Shown piece after piece: positions 1 through 9,710 of a DNA stretch of 64,000 nt. The notes under the pieces are model-generated. The model was given only the letters and a program-made list of their open reading frames with translations. It was not told where the DNA came from and did not search any database. Made by a program: the position numbers and the translations under genes. Position 1 is the first letter of the stretch. Each line of letters starts with the position of its first letter. The DNA is from a virus. The stretch covers positions 75,072-139,071 of IMG/VR virus record IMGVR_UViG_3300009155_000040. One strand, written 5' to 3'.

Positions 1-2115
1 GGTAATACTGAAGAAGGTGCAAGACGATTTGCCAGCATCAGTAAAGATCTAAGAACAAGTCAGGTAGGTGCCCAACTAGCAGGATTAGGTTATAGCTCTG
101 AACAAATTAATCAAGGAATGGCTTCTTATGCTAACATTATCGGAAGAAGCGGAGCCCTTCAAGGTAAATCAAATAAAGAAATAGCGGCAGGTGCAGGTGC
201 ATACATGAAAGAACTTGATGCGCTGGCAAAAGTCACTGGTAGAAGCAGGCAAGAATTAGAAAATGAAGCCGATGAAAGAGCCAAGGATGCACAGTGGATA
301 GCTATGACTCGAGGCATGGACAAAGATCAACGATTAATGATGGAATCTTTTGTTTCAAGTTATCCCAAAGAACAACAAGCTGCTATTAAAGATATGTTGA
401 CCACTGGTAGTATTACCAGTGATGCTGCTATTAAATTTAATGCTATGATGGGAGGAACTGCCCAAGAAGTTATGCAAATGGGTCAGGCGATTCGATCTGG
501 TCGAAAAATGACCCAAGCAGAAATTGACAAAACTAAAAACAATTCAATATCCGAAGCTGTACAAAAAGCCAATTCTGCAGAATTTAAAACAATGGGCGGA
601 TTTGTTGGCGAGTTTGCAAACGAAGTAAATGGTATAAATCAATTAGCTAACCAAGAAACAAACGGTCGTAAGAAAGCAATGACCGCACAAGAACAAGCAG
701 AAGCTAATGCTGCGGCTGGCTTAAAAGCTTTCAAAGAAAATTTAGCTGAACTATCAAACGGTTTTCAAATAGCATTGGTTAACAGCGGAGTGCTTAACTC
801 TCTAATGAGCCTGTTTACTACATTTGCTGATATAGTTCAGAGATTTATAATTCCTATTTTTAATATTATGGCGGCCATAATTCCAAAAGTAGTCTATGGT
901 TTTGAATTATTACTAGCACCAGTAGTAGAAGCTATAAGCGGACTTTTTGGAGATACATCAAACACACTTCAAATGTTAGACGACATCATGAATGCTGTAT
1001 TTCCAATACTAGATGCAACTGTTCGCTCACTAATATTAGTGTTTGAAGGCGCATGGGATGCAGTGGTGTCTTTGTTTGAACCGATTAATAATCTAATGGA
1101 TGAGATTTTTGGTGCAGGCAACGGCATGAGCGGTCTTACTGATATTATAATTGATACCGGAAACTTTATTGGCGGTGTATTTAGGATGGTCGGAGGCATT
1201 GTCGGAGGTCTAATTGACGGGTTTACATGGCTTATTCGTACAGTTAAAAGTGTTATTGGTTCTTCGGAAGTTTTAACAAGCTATTTTGACGGGCTTGCGA
1301 AAGGAATAAAAGCTATATGGACATGGATCCATGAGTTATTGAGCGTTGACGGGGGCAAGGCAGTTGTTATGTGGCTTGGAAACGCGGTATTAAAAATAAT
1401 GTATTACCTTCAAGATATATTTGGATCAATGATCGACGGTGTGCTGGCTGTAATTCCAAATGCTCTCGGAGGCATTAGCGCAGAAGAAAAGAAAAAACGT
1501 GATGAAGATAGGGCCGAACGTGCTAAGACTCGTGATGAAGAAACTAAAGCAAGAGATGCTGAAGTTGCAAGATTACACGAATCGTCAAAAAAAGAAGTAG
1601 CAGCCAACGATAAAAAAGCAGAACATCATAAACAGGCTTTGAAACAAGACGTTGCTAATTTCAACAAGAAAGAGTCACATCTCAGTAAAATGGGAGGACT
1701 TCAAAAGAAAGAGGAAGATCTCAAAGAAGAGTCGATAGTTAAAAATTACGACGACCCGATCGAATTATTAAAAGCACAAGCCACACAACAAAAAAGCGGG
1801 CTAATTCAAAATCCTGCAGGAAATCCTGTTGCAAATGCAGAAGGCGGCAGAAGAGCTGTAGAACAGGCAGCTGAAGCTAAAGTTCAAGCAGAAAAAGCAG
1901 CAGCAGAAAAAGCCTCAGGCAAAGGTGGCGGCACTATTCCAGGGTCAACAGCCCCAGCAGGACCTGCTCAAGAATCACCGTCAGTATTACTGGCTAGCTT
2001 AAATACTAAGATGGATCAGTTAATTAAAATCAGTAAAGACCACCATGACATTGGTGCTGTTCAAGTAAGAACACTCGGACAACTAAGCGGCGACCTATAT
2101 GCCGGAGTTGGTTAA
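1..2115 (+). CDS. Probable tail tape-measure protein, 5' truncated by the window edge
   Basis: Frame is open from base 1, upstream of the ORF-track ATG at 118. Long Ala/Gln/Lys helical sequence with a central hydrophobic-amphipathic repeat region, typical of tape-measure proteins. Lies beside head genes. Confidence 0.55.
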   Translation, partial: GNTEEGARRFASISKDLRTSQVGAQLAGLGYSSEQINQGMASYANIIGRSGALQGKSNKEIAAGAGAYMKELDALAKVTGRSRQELENEADERAKDAQWIAMTRGMDKDQRLMMESFVSSYPKEQQAAIKDMLTTGSITSDAAIKFNAMMGGTAQEVMQMGQAIRSGRKMTQAEIDKTKNNSISEAVQKANSAEFKTMGGFVGEFANEVNGINQLANQETNGRKKAMTAQEQAEANAAAGLKAFKENLAELSNGFQIALVNSGVLNSLMSLFTTFADIVQRFIIPIFNIMAAIIPKVVYGFELLLAPVVEAISGLFGDTSNTLQMLDDIMNAVFPILDATVRSLILVFEGAWDAVVSLFEPINNLMDEIFGAGNGMSGLTDIIIDTGNFIGGVFRMVGGIVGGLIDGFTWLIRTVKSVIGSSEVLTSYFDGLAKGIKAIWTWIHELLSVDGGKAVVMWLGNAVLKIMYYLQDIFGSMIDGVLAVIPNALGGISAEEKKKRDEDRAERAKTRDEETKARDAEVARLHESSKKEVAANDKKAEHHKQALKQDVANFNKKESHLSKMGGLQKKEEDLKEESIVKNYDDPIELLKAQATQQKSGLIQNPAGNPVANAEGGRRAVEQAAEAKVQAEKAAAEKASGKGGGTIPGSTAPAGPAQESPSVLLASLNTKMDQLIKISKDHHDIGAVQVRTLGQLSGDLYAGVG

Positions 2116-2140
2116 TGCTGTTATTGGATAATACAAAATT

Positions 2141-3844
2141 ATGAGTTGGAAAAAATATTTCACACCAGTTGACATTAGTAACCAATCAGGAACGTTTAGT
2201 CCTATGGGAGGACGTGGTCGTCCAGGTCCAGCCAAAGCAAACTATTCAAGCTACTTGCCAGATGTTTATGCAGGTGCACCAAATCGTATTGATCGTTATC
2301 AACAGTACGACACTATGGATACAGACAGCGAAGTTAATGCTGCTTTAGATATCCTTACAGAATTTTGCACACAAAAAGACAAAGAAAACGCAACACCATT
2401 TCAAACTTCCTTTAGAGGAACTCCGACAGCAACTGAAGTTAAGATTCTAAAAGACGCATTACAAAAATGGTGTAAACAACAACAGTTTGAAACACGTATT
2501 TTTCGTATTGTTCGTAACACATTCAAATACGGTGATTGTTTTTTTATTCGTGATCCAGAAACTAAAAAATGGTTATACGTTGATGCTATCAAAGTTACAA
2601 AAATTATTGTTAATGAAAGTGAAGGTAAAATTCCTGAGCAGTATGTAATTAAAGATATTAATTTTAATTTTACAAACTTAATAGCAACAACACCACACGG
2701 TACATCAAACACAGCACCTAGCGGAACAGCAAGTTATACTACAGGTGGTGGCTTTGGTCGTGGAGTGGTTGGAGCAACAGCCAACACGCCCGGTTCTAGA
2801 TTCGGCAATCAAATTAATGAAATCACAGTAGATGCTAAACACGTAGTGCATATCAGTCTGAGCGAAGGTCTAGATAATAACTATCCTTTTGGTAACAGTC
2901 TATTAGAATCGGTGTTCAAAGTCTACAAGCAGAAAGAATTGCTCGAAGATGCTATCATTATCTATCGTATACAACGTGCTCCAGAAAGACGTATTTTCTA
3001 CGTAGACGTTGGAAATATGCCGGCGCACATGGCTATGAGCTTTGTTGAACGTGTTAAAAACGAAATCCAACAAAGACGTATTCCTAGCTCAACAGGTGGC
3101 GGAGCAAACGTCATAGACGCTAGTTATAATCCTCTAAGTGTAAACGAAGATTACTTCTTTCCACAGACAGCAGAAGGTCGTGGATCAAAAGTTGAAACAC
3201 TACCAGGCGGTACAAACTTAGGTGAAATTACAGATTTACGTTATTTCACAAACAAACTATTCCGTGCCTTGCGTATTCCAAGTAGTTATTTGCCAACATC
3301 AATTGATGAACAGCCCAATACAGTTGCTGACGGCAAAGTAGGTACAGCATACATTCAAGAATTACGTTTTAACGAATACTGCAAACGACTACAATCTATG
3401 GTTGTAGAAACATTTGATTTAGAATTTAAACTGTGGCTTAATGATCAAGGTATCAATATTGACTCAAGTCTTTTTGAACTTAAATTTAATCAGCCACAAA
3501 ACTTTGCTGCTTACCGTCAATCCGAACTTGATACAGCTCGTGCAGCAACCTATGGTACAATTTCTCAAATTCCACATCTCAGCAAGAGATTCGCATTAAA
3601 ACGTTTCTTAGGATTATCAGAAGACGAGATCAAAGAAAACGAAAAATTGTGGAGAGAAGAAAACGGTGCGCAATTGCAACCGCCAGCAGATGCAGGTGCA
3701 GAACTACGTTCCGCAGGCATTTCACCGGGTGGTATGTCCGCAGACATGTCAGGACAAGCAGCAGAAGCTCCGGAAGATATGGCAGCTGAAGCAGATCCAG
3801 CAGCGGCTGGCGGTGAAGAAGCCGCAGCAGCACCAGCCCAATAA
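2141..3844 (+). CDS. gp20: T4-like portal vertex protein
   Basis: Motifs LEDAIIIYRIQRAPERRIFYVDVGNMP and EDYFFPQTAEGRGSKVETLPGGTNLGEITDLRYF are hallmarks of T4 gp20. Confidence 0.96.
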   Translation: MSWKKYFTPVDISNQSGTFSPMGGRGRPGPAKANYSSYLPDVYAGAPNRIDRYQQYDTMDTDSEVNAALDILTEFCTQKDKENATPFQTSFRGTPTATEVKILKDALQKWCKQQQFETRIFRIVRNTFKYGDCFFIRDPETKKWLYVDAIKVTKIIVNESEGKIPEQYVIKDINFNFTNLIATTPHGTSNTAPSGTASYTTGGGFGRGVVGATANTPGSRFGNQINEITVDAKHVVHISLSEGLDNNYPFGNSLLESVFKVYKQKELLEDAIIIYRIQRAPERRIFYVDVGNMPAHMAMSFVERVKNEIQQRRIPSSTGGGANVIDASYNPLSVNEDYFFPQTAEGRGSKVETLPGGTNLGEITDLRYFTNKLFRALRIPSSYLPTSIDEQPNTVADGKVGTAYIQELRFNEYCKRLQSMVVETFDLEFKLWLNDQGINIDSSLFELKFNQPQNFAAYRQSELDTARAATYGTISQIPHLSKRFALKRFLGLSEDEIKENEKLWREENGAQLQPPADAGAELRSAGISPGGMSADMSGQAAEAPEDMAAEADPAAAGGEEAAAAPAQ

Positions 3845-3854
3845 CCTAGCCCAG

Positions 3855-3862
3855 TATAAATA
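3855..3862 (+). promoter_or_regulatory. T4-type late promoter TATAAATA
   Basis: Exact T4 late consensus; ATG lies 5 nt downstream at 3868. Confidence 0.75.
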
Positions 3863-3867
3863 CAAGT

Positions 3868-4113
3868 ATGCTTCTTAACGAATTTTTTTATTTTAATGAC
3901 AGTTCTAACGGTATGTCTACCGATCGTAGATACGACAGTAGTAAAGATAGTTCTGTGGTTAAAAAAAGTGACACACGAAAGATTCGTCTAACGCTACGTC
4001 AAATTAATAAACTACGATTACAATCTGAAGCGCACGAAGCAGAAGAAAAATCAGAACTGGGCTTTATTCAACAAATGTATGCAACCCCAGTTGAAGCAGA
4101 ACCCGCCCAATAA
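3868..4113 (+). CDS. Small hypothetical head-module protein (81 aa)
   Basis: Clean ORF directly after a late promoter, between portal and scaffold genes. Confidence 0.7.
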   Translation: MLLNEFFYFNDSSNGMSTDRRYDSSKDSSVVKKSDTRKIRLTLRQINKLRLQSEAHEAEEKSELGFIQQMYATPVEAEPAQ

Positions 4114-4726
4114 TATAGCCTTTGTCCTAGGAAACGGTCGCAGTAGATTACCTATTGCTTTAGAACCTCTCCGCAAATTAGGATCAACCTACGGCTGTAA
4201 CGCACTGTACAGAGAATTTGCACCCGATGCTTTAATAGCAGTTGATGTTAAAATGGTCAACGAAATCATTTCAGCAGGGTACAATAAAGATCACGAAGTA
4301 TGGTCCAATCCAAACAAAGGTATTATATCAAAAGATCACCTAAACTTGTTCAACCCCCACAAGGGTTGGAGCAGTGGACCTACAGCATTGTGGTTGGCCT
4401 GTAGTCGCGGACACAAGGATGTTTACATCTTAGGGTTTGACTATCAAGGTGTAGGCGGAAAACTTAATAATGTGTATGCAGACACATTTAACTACAAAAA
4501 AAGCAGCGATGTAGCAACGTTTTATGGCAATTGGCTCAATCAAACTGAGCGAGTAGTACAGGAATTTAGGTCAACTAGGTTCCATAGAGTAATAGAAAAA
4601 GGAAATATAATTCCTGATAAACTGGGGGCTATGCCCAACGTTGGTCATATGTCTGTAGAAGAGTTCCAGGGTATATTTCCTGACACTATATATACGGAAC
4701 AAATCAATCAAAAAAGTGTCATTTAA
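4079..4726 (+). CDS. Sialyltransferase/Maf (DUF115/GT42-like) fold protein, putative glycosyltransferase; start uncertain (ATG 4079 or TTG 4091)
   Basis: AFVLGNGRSR...YGCNALY...LIAVD and YILGFDY resemble the GNGPSL/RCN/GIDFY motifs of CstII-type and Maf proteins. Confidence 0.55.
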   Translation: MQPQLKQNPPNNIAFVLGNGRSRLPIALEPLRKLGSTYGCNALYREFAPDALIAVDVKMVNEIISAGYNKDHEVWSNPNKGIISKDHLNLFNPHKGWSSGPTALWLACSRGHKDVYILGFDYQGVGGKLNNVYADTFNYKKSSDVATFYGNWLNQTERVVQEFRSTRFHRVIEKGNIIPDKLGAMPNVGHMSVEEFQGIFPDTIYTEQINQKSVI

Positions 4727-4748
4727 CCCCATTTTTTAATCTACGTAG

Positions 4749-4754
4749 TAAATA
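4749..4754 (+). promoter_or_regulatory. Late promoter core TAAATA
   Basis: Intergenic, upstream of an AAGGAG Shine-Dalgarno and the ATG at 4790. Confidence 0.6.
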
Positions 4755-4789
4755 AAACACAGCCTTAACAATCCAAAGGAGAATACAAC

Positions 4790-5656
4790 ATGGCAGATAA
4801 AACCCTATTGTCACAGATGCTAGAGCAACTTGTGAACGACAACCAAGCTAAAGCCGAAGAGCTTTTCCACGAATACGTAGTTTCAGCTTCACGTGAAATT
4901 TATGAAAATTTAATCGAATCTGAAATTTCTGAAGAAGATGACGAAGAAAAGAAAGACGACGATCTTGAAGAAGCATCTGAAGAAGATGAAGAGAAAAAAG
5001 ACGACGATCTTGAAGAAAACTTTGACGAAATTGCCTACGAAGGCGATGACGAAATGGACTTAGACGACAGCGATCCAACAGATGATCTAGCTGGCGAAAT
5101 TGATCCAGATGCAGAAATGGACGGCGAAGAAAAGTCTGAAGAAGAATTATTCCAAGACTTAGACGCTATTGTCGACGAACTACAAGCTAAGTTCGACGAA
5201 CTAAAAGGTGGCGATCATGAAGAGCCAGATATGGACAACATGGGTGGCCCAAGCGATCATGATGCTGACAATGAAGAATTTGACCTAGCTACAGTACGTG
5301 AGTACGTAGAAAAGGTTCCAGCTGGTCACGGCGCAGAAAAGAAAGGTGCAGCAGAAAAAGCTGACGGTTCTGCAAAATCTCCAGTAGCAGGTAAGAATGA
5401 TATGGGCGGTACAACTGCTAATATTTTAAGCGGTCGTAACGGCGCAGAAGCTGGCGGTGTTGGCGCAGGTGGAACAATTAAAGGTTCTGCACTAAGCGAC
5501 ACTAAAGCAAAAGAAGATAATGCTGGCAACATCAATGTCCCAGGCGCTAAGAATGGTAATGCATTCTCTAAGAAAGAGCCAGGACATGGTGCTGAGAAAG
5601 CTGGTGCAAAAGAATCACCAGACAACAAGCAAAGCCTTTTCCGTGGTCGTAGATAA
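4790..5656 (+). CDS. Acidic prohead core/scaffold-like protein (positional analogue of gp67/gp68)
   Basis: Extremely Asp/Glu-rich. Tandem EEDxEEKKDDDLEE repeat and duplicated GHGAEK motif. Lies between gp20 and gp21. Confidence 0.6.
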   Translation: MADKTLLSQMLEQLVNDNQAKAEELFHEYVVSASREIYENLIESEISEEDDEEKKDDDLEEASEEDEEKKDDDLEENFDEIAYEGDDEMDLDDSDPTDDLAGEIDPDAEMDGEEKSEEELFQDLDAIVDELQAKFDELKGGDHEEPDMDNMGGPSDHDADNEEFDLATVREYVEKVPAGHGAEKKGAAEKADGSAKSPVAGKNDMGGTTANILSGRNGAEAGGVGAGGTIKGSALSDTKAKEDNAGNINVPGAKNGNAFSKKEPGHGAEKAGAKESPDNKQSLFRGRR

Positions 5657-5670
5657 TAGGACTGTTGACG

Positions 5671-6303
5671 GTGAATAAACTTACTCTTAGTGAACATTTG
5701 AGTTTCGACCAGGCTAAGATTGTCTTGGAGAGCGAAGAAGGAAGCAACGGCAAGAAGTCGTTGCATCTCAACGGGATTTGCATTCAAGGAGACATCCGCA
5801 ATGCAAATCAACGTGTTTATTCTTCTCAAGAAATTGGCAAGGCTGTCAAAACGCTCAACGAGCAGATCGCTGGAGGATACTCTGTACTAGGTGAAGTTGA
5901 TCACCCGGCAGATTTAAAAATCAATCTTGATCGTGTTTCACACATGATAACCAAGATGTGGATGGATGGTCCTAACGGCTACGGAAAACTTAAAGTACTA
6001 CCAACTCCAATGGGTCAGTTAATTCAGACCATGTTGGAGTCGGGAGTAAAATTAGGTGTTAGTTCCAGAGGATCTGGAGAGGTTGACGGAAGCGGCAACG
6101 TTCGAGATTTTGAAATTATTACGGTTGATGTAGTAGCACAACCTAGCGCACCAGGTGCGTATCCAACACCAGTATATGAACATTTAATGAATAACACAGG
6201 CGGTTACAAGGCATTTCAAGTAGCACAACAAGTCCAAGGCGACCCAAAGGCACAGAAGTACATAGCAGAGAGTTTAAAGAGAATTATCTCTAAACTCAAC
6301 TAA
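5671..6303 (+). CDS. gp21: Prohead core protease; GTG start chosen on SD spacing (ORF track begins at TTG 5665)
   Basis: GEVDHP, RVSH, GKLKVLPTPMG, GVSSRGSG and DVVAQPSAPGA motifs of the T4 gp21 family. Confidence 0.95.
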   Translation: MNKLTLSEHLSFDQAKIVLESEEGSNGKKSLHLNGICIQGDIRNANQRVYSSQEIGKAVKTLNEQIAGGYSVLGEVDHPADLKINLDRVSHMITKMWMDGPNGYGKLKVLPTPMGQLIQTMLESGVKLGVSSRGSGEVDGSGNVRDFEIITVDVVAQPSAPGAYPTPVYEHLMNNTGGYKAFQVAQQVQGDPKAQKYIAESLKRIISKLN

Positions 6304-6316
6304 CTAGGAGAATCAC

Positions 6317-7411
6317 ATGCTAGACATCGTTAAACAATTGTTTGAAAACAATGTGATTTCCGAAGAAATAAAATCGGAGATTGAAACCGCTTGGACAAGC
6401 AGGATTCAAGAAAACCGTGATCAAGTTACTGCTGAACTACGTGAAGAATTTGCTCAGAAATATGAGCACGATAAAGGTGCGATGGTAGAAGCTGTTGAGG
6501 GAATGCTAATGGACCGCTTACAAGCGGAACTAGGCGAACTCGCAGAAGATCGTCAGGGCCTAATCGAAGCTAGAGCCAAATATGCAGCAAAAATGACAGA
6601 AGATGCGAAAGTGTTAGAATCATTTGTGTTGAACAATTTGAAAAAAGAACTAGCTGAACTACACGAAGATCGCAAAGCAGTTGCAAACAATGTTGCAAAA
6701 TATGAATCATTTATCGTGGATGCACTAGCGAAAGAAATCGCAGAATTCCATGCTGATAAGAAAGATTTGGCAGAAACTAAAGTACGTCTAGTACGTGACA
6801 GCAAAGCTAAGTTTGAGTCTATCAAGAAAGATTTCATCGCACGTTCAGCACAAATCATCGAAGAAACAGTCTCCAAAGGACTTAAATCTGAAATGACTCA
6901 GTTGCGTGAAGACATTGAAGCAGCTCGTAAAAATGACTTTGGTCGTAGAATTTTTGAAAGCTTCTCAAGCGAATATGCTGCAAGTCATCTGAATGAAAAA
7001 TCTGAAACTGCAAAACTATTAAAAGTAGTTAAAGTTAAAGAACAAGAATTAGAAGAAGCGGCAAAGATTGTTGCAGAAACACAAAAACTAATAGAAAGCA
7101 AAGAAACAGAGCTACGCATTGCCAAAGGTCAAGCTGTTCGCAAAGAAGTTATGGGCGAATTGTTAGGTCCTTTAAGTGGTGATAAGCGTTCAGTAATGGG
7201 CGAACTATTAGAATCAGTACAAACTGAGAAATTACGCTCAGCGTATGACAAGTATCTACCGGCAGTAATGAACGGCGGTACTCCAATTAAAAAAGCATTA
7301 ACCGAAGGCAAAGAAATTACAGGCGATAAGAATCAGGCACAAACAATCAGCAGTGAAGAAAAAACTGCTGAGATATTTGACATCCGCAGGCTTGCGGGAC
7401 TAAAAGTTTAA
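6317..7411 (+). CDS. gp22: Prohead scaffold protein
   Basis: Long charged coiled coil between protease and major capsid genes; C-terminal IRRLAGL motif. Confidence 0.8.
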   Translation: MLDIVKQLFENNVISEEIKSEIETAWTSRIQENRDQVTAELREEFAQKYEHDKGAMVEAVEGMLMDRLQAELGELAEDRQGLIEARAKYAAKMTEDAKVLESFVLNNLKKELAELHEDRKAVANNVAKYESFIVDALAKEIAEFHADKKDLAETKVRLVRDSKAKFESIKKDFIARSAQIIEETVSKGLKSEMTQLREDIEAARKNDFGRRIFESFSSEYAASHLNEKSETAKLLKVVKVKEQELEEAAKIVAETQKLIESKETELRIAKGQAVRKEVMGELLGPLSGDKRSVMGELLESVQTEKLRSAYDKYLPAVMNGGTPIKKALTEGKEITGDKNQAQTISSEEKTAEIFDIRRLAGLKV

Positions 7412-7422
7412 GGAGAACTATA

Positions 7423-8601
7423 ATGTCACAATTACTCGAGTCACGCTGGTCGGAAACCAAAGACGCTCTATTAGAAGGGCTTCAAGGTACTAAGCGTACA
7501 GTGATGGCAACAACTCTCGAAAATACCCGCAAGTATTTGTCTGAGTCTGCCACAGCTGGCGCAACTTCGTCCGGTAACGTTGCAACCCTAAATCGTGTGA
7601 TCCTTCCAGTGATCAGACGTGTGATGCCTACGGTCATCGCTAATGAATTAGTTGGCGTACAGCCAATGACTGGTCCAGTTGGTCAGATCCACACACTACG
7701 TGTTCGTTATGCAGATACATTTAACGATACAAGTGCTGGAAACACTGATACAACAGCTGGTGAAGAAGCACTAAGCCCATTCAAGATTGCAGAAGGCTAT
7801 TCTGGTGCAGCAGCAACAGCTAAAGCAGCTTCAACAGCAGCTTTAGAAGGCGTAGCTGGTAACAGATTAAGCATTCAAATCTTGAAACAAACAGTTGAAG
7901 CTAAGACACGTAAATTGTCAGCTCGCTGGACGTTTGAAGCTGCTCAAGATGCACAAGCCCAACAAGGCATTGACATCGAAGCAGAAATCATGGCTGCTTT
8001 AGCGCAAGAAATTACTGCTGAAATCGATCAAGAAGTTCTTTCTTCTTTATCTAACTTAGCAACAACAGTATTAACATACGACCAAAACACTGTTTCTGGT
8101 ACTGCTACATTCGTTGGTGACGAACATGCTGCTTTAGCTGTTCAAATCAACCGTGTTGCTAACTTGATTGCACAGCGTACACGTCGTGGTGCTGGTAACT
8201 GGGCAGTTGTTAGCCCAACAACTTTAACACTTCTACAAAGTGCTACAACTTCTGCGTTCGCAAGAACAACAGAAGGTACATTCGAAGCTCCAACAAACAC
8301 TAAGTTCGTTGGTACATTGAACAGCGCAATGAAGATTTATGTTAACGGCTACGCTACAAGCGATGACGTATTAGTTGGTTACAAAGGCTCTTCTGAGTCT
8401 GACGCAGCAGCATTCTACTGCCCATACATCCCATTGATGTCAAGCGGTGTTGTTCTAGATCCAACAACTTTCGAACCAGTCGTATCATTCATGACACGTT
8501 ATGGTTATGTTGAGTTGACAAACACAGCATCATCTCTAGGTAATGCTGGTGACTATCTAGGCAAAGTTGGTGTTACAACTGCTAACTTGAAATTTGCTTA
8601 A
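7423..8601 (+). CDS. gp23: Major capsid protein, T4 gp23-like (short 392-aa form)
   Basis: LVGVQPMTGP, VEAKTRKLSARWTFEAAQD, EITAEIDQE and FYCPYIPL motifs, plus C-terminal TRYG. Confidence 0.96.
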   Translation: MSQLLESRWSETKDALLEGLQGTKRTVMATTLENTRKYLSESATAGATSSGNVATLNRVILPVIRRVMPTVIANELVGVQPMTGPVGQIHTLRVRYADTFNDTSAGNTDTTAGEEALSPFKIAEGYSGAAATAKAASTAALEGVAGNRLSIQILKQTVEAKTRKLSARWTFEAAQDAQAQQGIDIEAEIMAALAQEITAEIDQEVLSSLSNLATTVLTYDQNTVSGTATFVGDEHAALAVQINRVANLIAQRTRRGAGNWAVVSPTTLTLLQSATTSAFARTTEGTFEAPTNTKFVGTLNSAMKIYVNGYATSDDVLVGYKGSSESDAAAFYCPYIPLMSSGVVLDPTTFEPVVSFMTRYGYVELTNTASSLGNAGDYLGKVGVTTANLKFA

Positions 8602-8627
8602 TTAGTAAAGTTCAAAGTAACAAACTC

Positions 8628-8651
8628 AAAAAGGACCCTCGGGTCCTTTTT
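8628..8651 (+). terminator. Rho-independent terminator after gp23
   Basis: AAAAAGGACC-CTCG-GGTCCTTTTT perfect hairpin with A and T runs (possibly bidirectional). Confidence 0.9.
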
Positions 8652-8670
8652 GTTTGACTTAAATATCGTC

Positions 8671-8937
8671 ATGGAGATAGACTTCAATAGAGATTTTTCA
8701 AACTTACGTAAACAGTACGGAGTATGGCGAAAACGCTTTCCGATGTTTACACACGATGTTGATCATATAGAACACGTTATAGAACGGCATATACAGAATT
8801 TTTCTATTGCAGGCATACATTACAGGCAAACGCACAGCAGAACCTACTTAGAAAAAGCCCAGCACGAATTAGACGAAATTGACAGGGTTATTGCTATGGT
8901 TGAAAAAATTGAACTGATGGCAATGTTAGCACGTTGA
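8671..8937 (+). CDS. Hypothetical protein (88 aa)
   Basis: ATG lies 5 nt after TAAATA (8660-8665). The ORF-track TTG start at 8650 falls inside the terminator. Confidence 0.7.
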   Translation: MEIDFNRDFSNLRKQYGVWRKRFPMFTHDVDHIEHVIERHIQNFSIAGIHYRQTHSRTYLEKAQHELDEIDRVIAMVEKIELMAMLAR

Positions 8938-9030
8938 TAAATACAATGTCTATGAAAGAACTTGCATAGGGCAAGACTTATGGGGTAACCATCCCCGTAG
9001 ACCTAGAACGTCAAATTAAGGAGAAACAAA
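8938..9030 (+). promoter_or_regulatory. Late promoter TAAATA (8938-8943) plus structured 5' leader
   Basis: 87-nt non-coding leader with stems CTTGC/GCAAG and TATGGGG/CCCCGTA, followed by a TAAGGAG SD. Confidence 0.55.
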
Positions 9031-9696
9031 ATGGGACGTCCATTAAAGAAAGATATTAACGGTAAAGAAGTATTAGGGTTACCAGGTTTATCAACAAACA
9101 CACTAGCAGGTATTGCAGTCAGCGGTTACTTTGGTGGTGCATTATCTACAAGTTATGTGCTAATCAAACAACGTGGTGCTCAAACTTACGTAGTTGCAAA
9201 GATTGAAAATTTCACATGCAACACAACTACAGGTAGCGCAAGCATTACTAACATGAGCGATCAAGTTGAAGTTACAGTTGGTGATGAGATCAGCGGTCCT
9301 GGAATTCCATCAGGTGCAAGAATTGCTAGCCTTGACAGCTCAACAACGGCAACTATTACTGCTGCTGCAACAGCAACAGCAACAGGTATCACAGTTACTC
9401 ACTGGGGTGCTTTCCAAGTTGGTACAACAGTTGACACAACTCCAAACGCTAACGGCGAAATCCTAATTCAAGGTTCTACAAGCGGTATGTTAGATGCTAA
9501 CCTAGTTCCAATTCGTAAACTAACACGCAGAATTGCTTATGGTTTCCCATCAAGCCCTGTGTTATCAAATGGCTTCCAACGCAGTGAAGATGACAACACA
9601 TCTACTAACCACGACGAAGCAAAATATACATGGTATCTAGAAAACGATTCATCAGCAGACTACATTGTATTAACAGCATTTACAACAAAGATGTAA
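9031..9696 (+). CDS. Virion structural protein, hypothetical (221 aa)
   Basis: Thr/Ala/Gly-rich beta-type sequence; strong SD; first gene of the late tail-appendage cluster. Confidence 0.65.
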   Translation: MGRPLKKDINGKEVLGLPGLSTNTLAGIAVSGYFGGALSTSYVLIKQRGAQTYVVAKIENFTCNTTTGSASITNMSDQVEVTVGDEISGPGIPSGARIASLDSSTTATITAAATATATGITVTHWGAFQVGTTVDTTPNANGEILIQGSTSGMLDANLVPIRKLTRRIAYGFPSSPVLSNGFQRSEDDNTSTNHDEAKYTWYLENDSSADYIVLTAFTTKM

Positions 9697-9710
9697 TTTA
9701 AGGAACCAGC

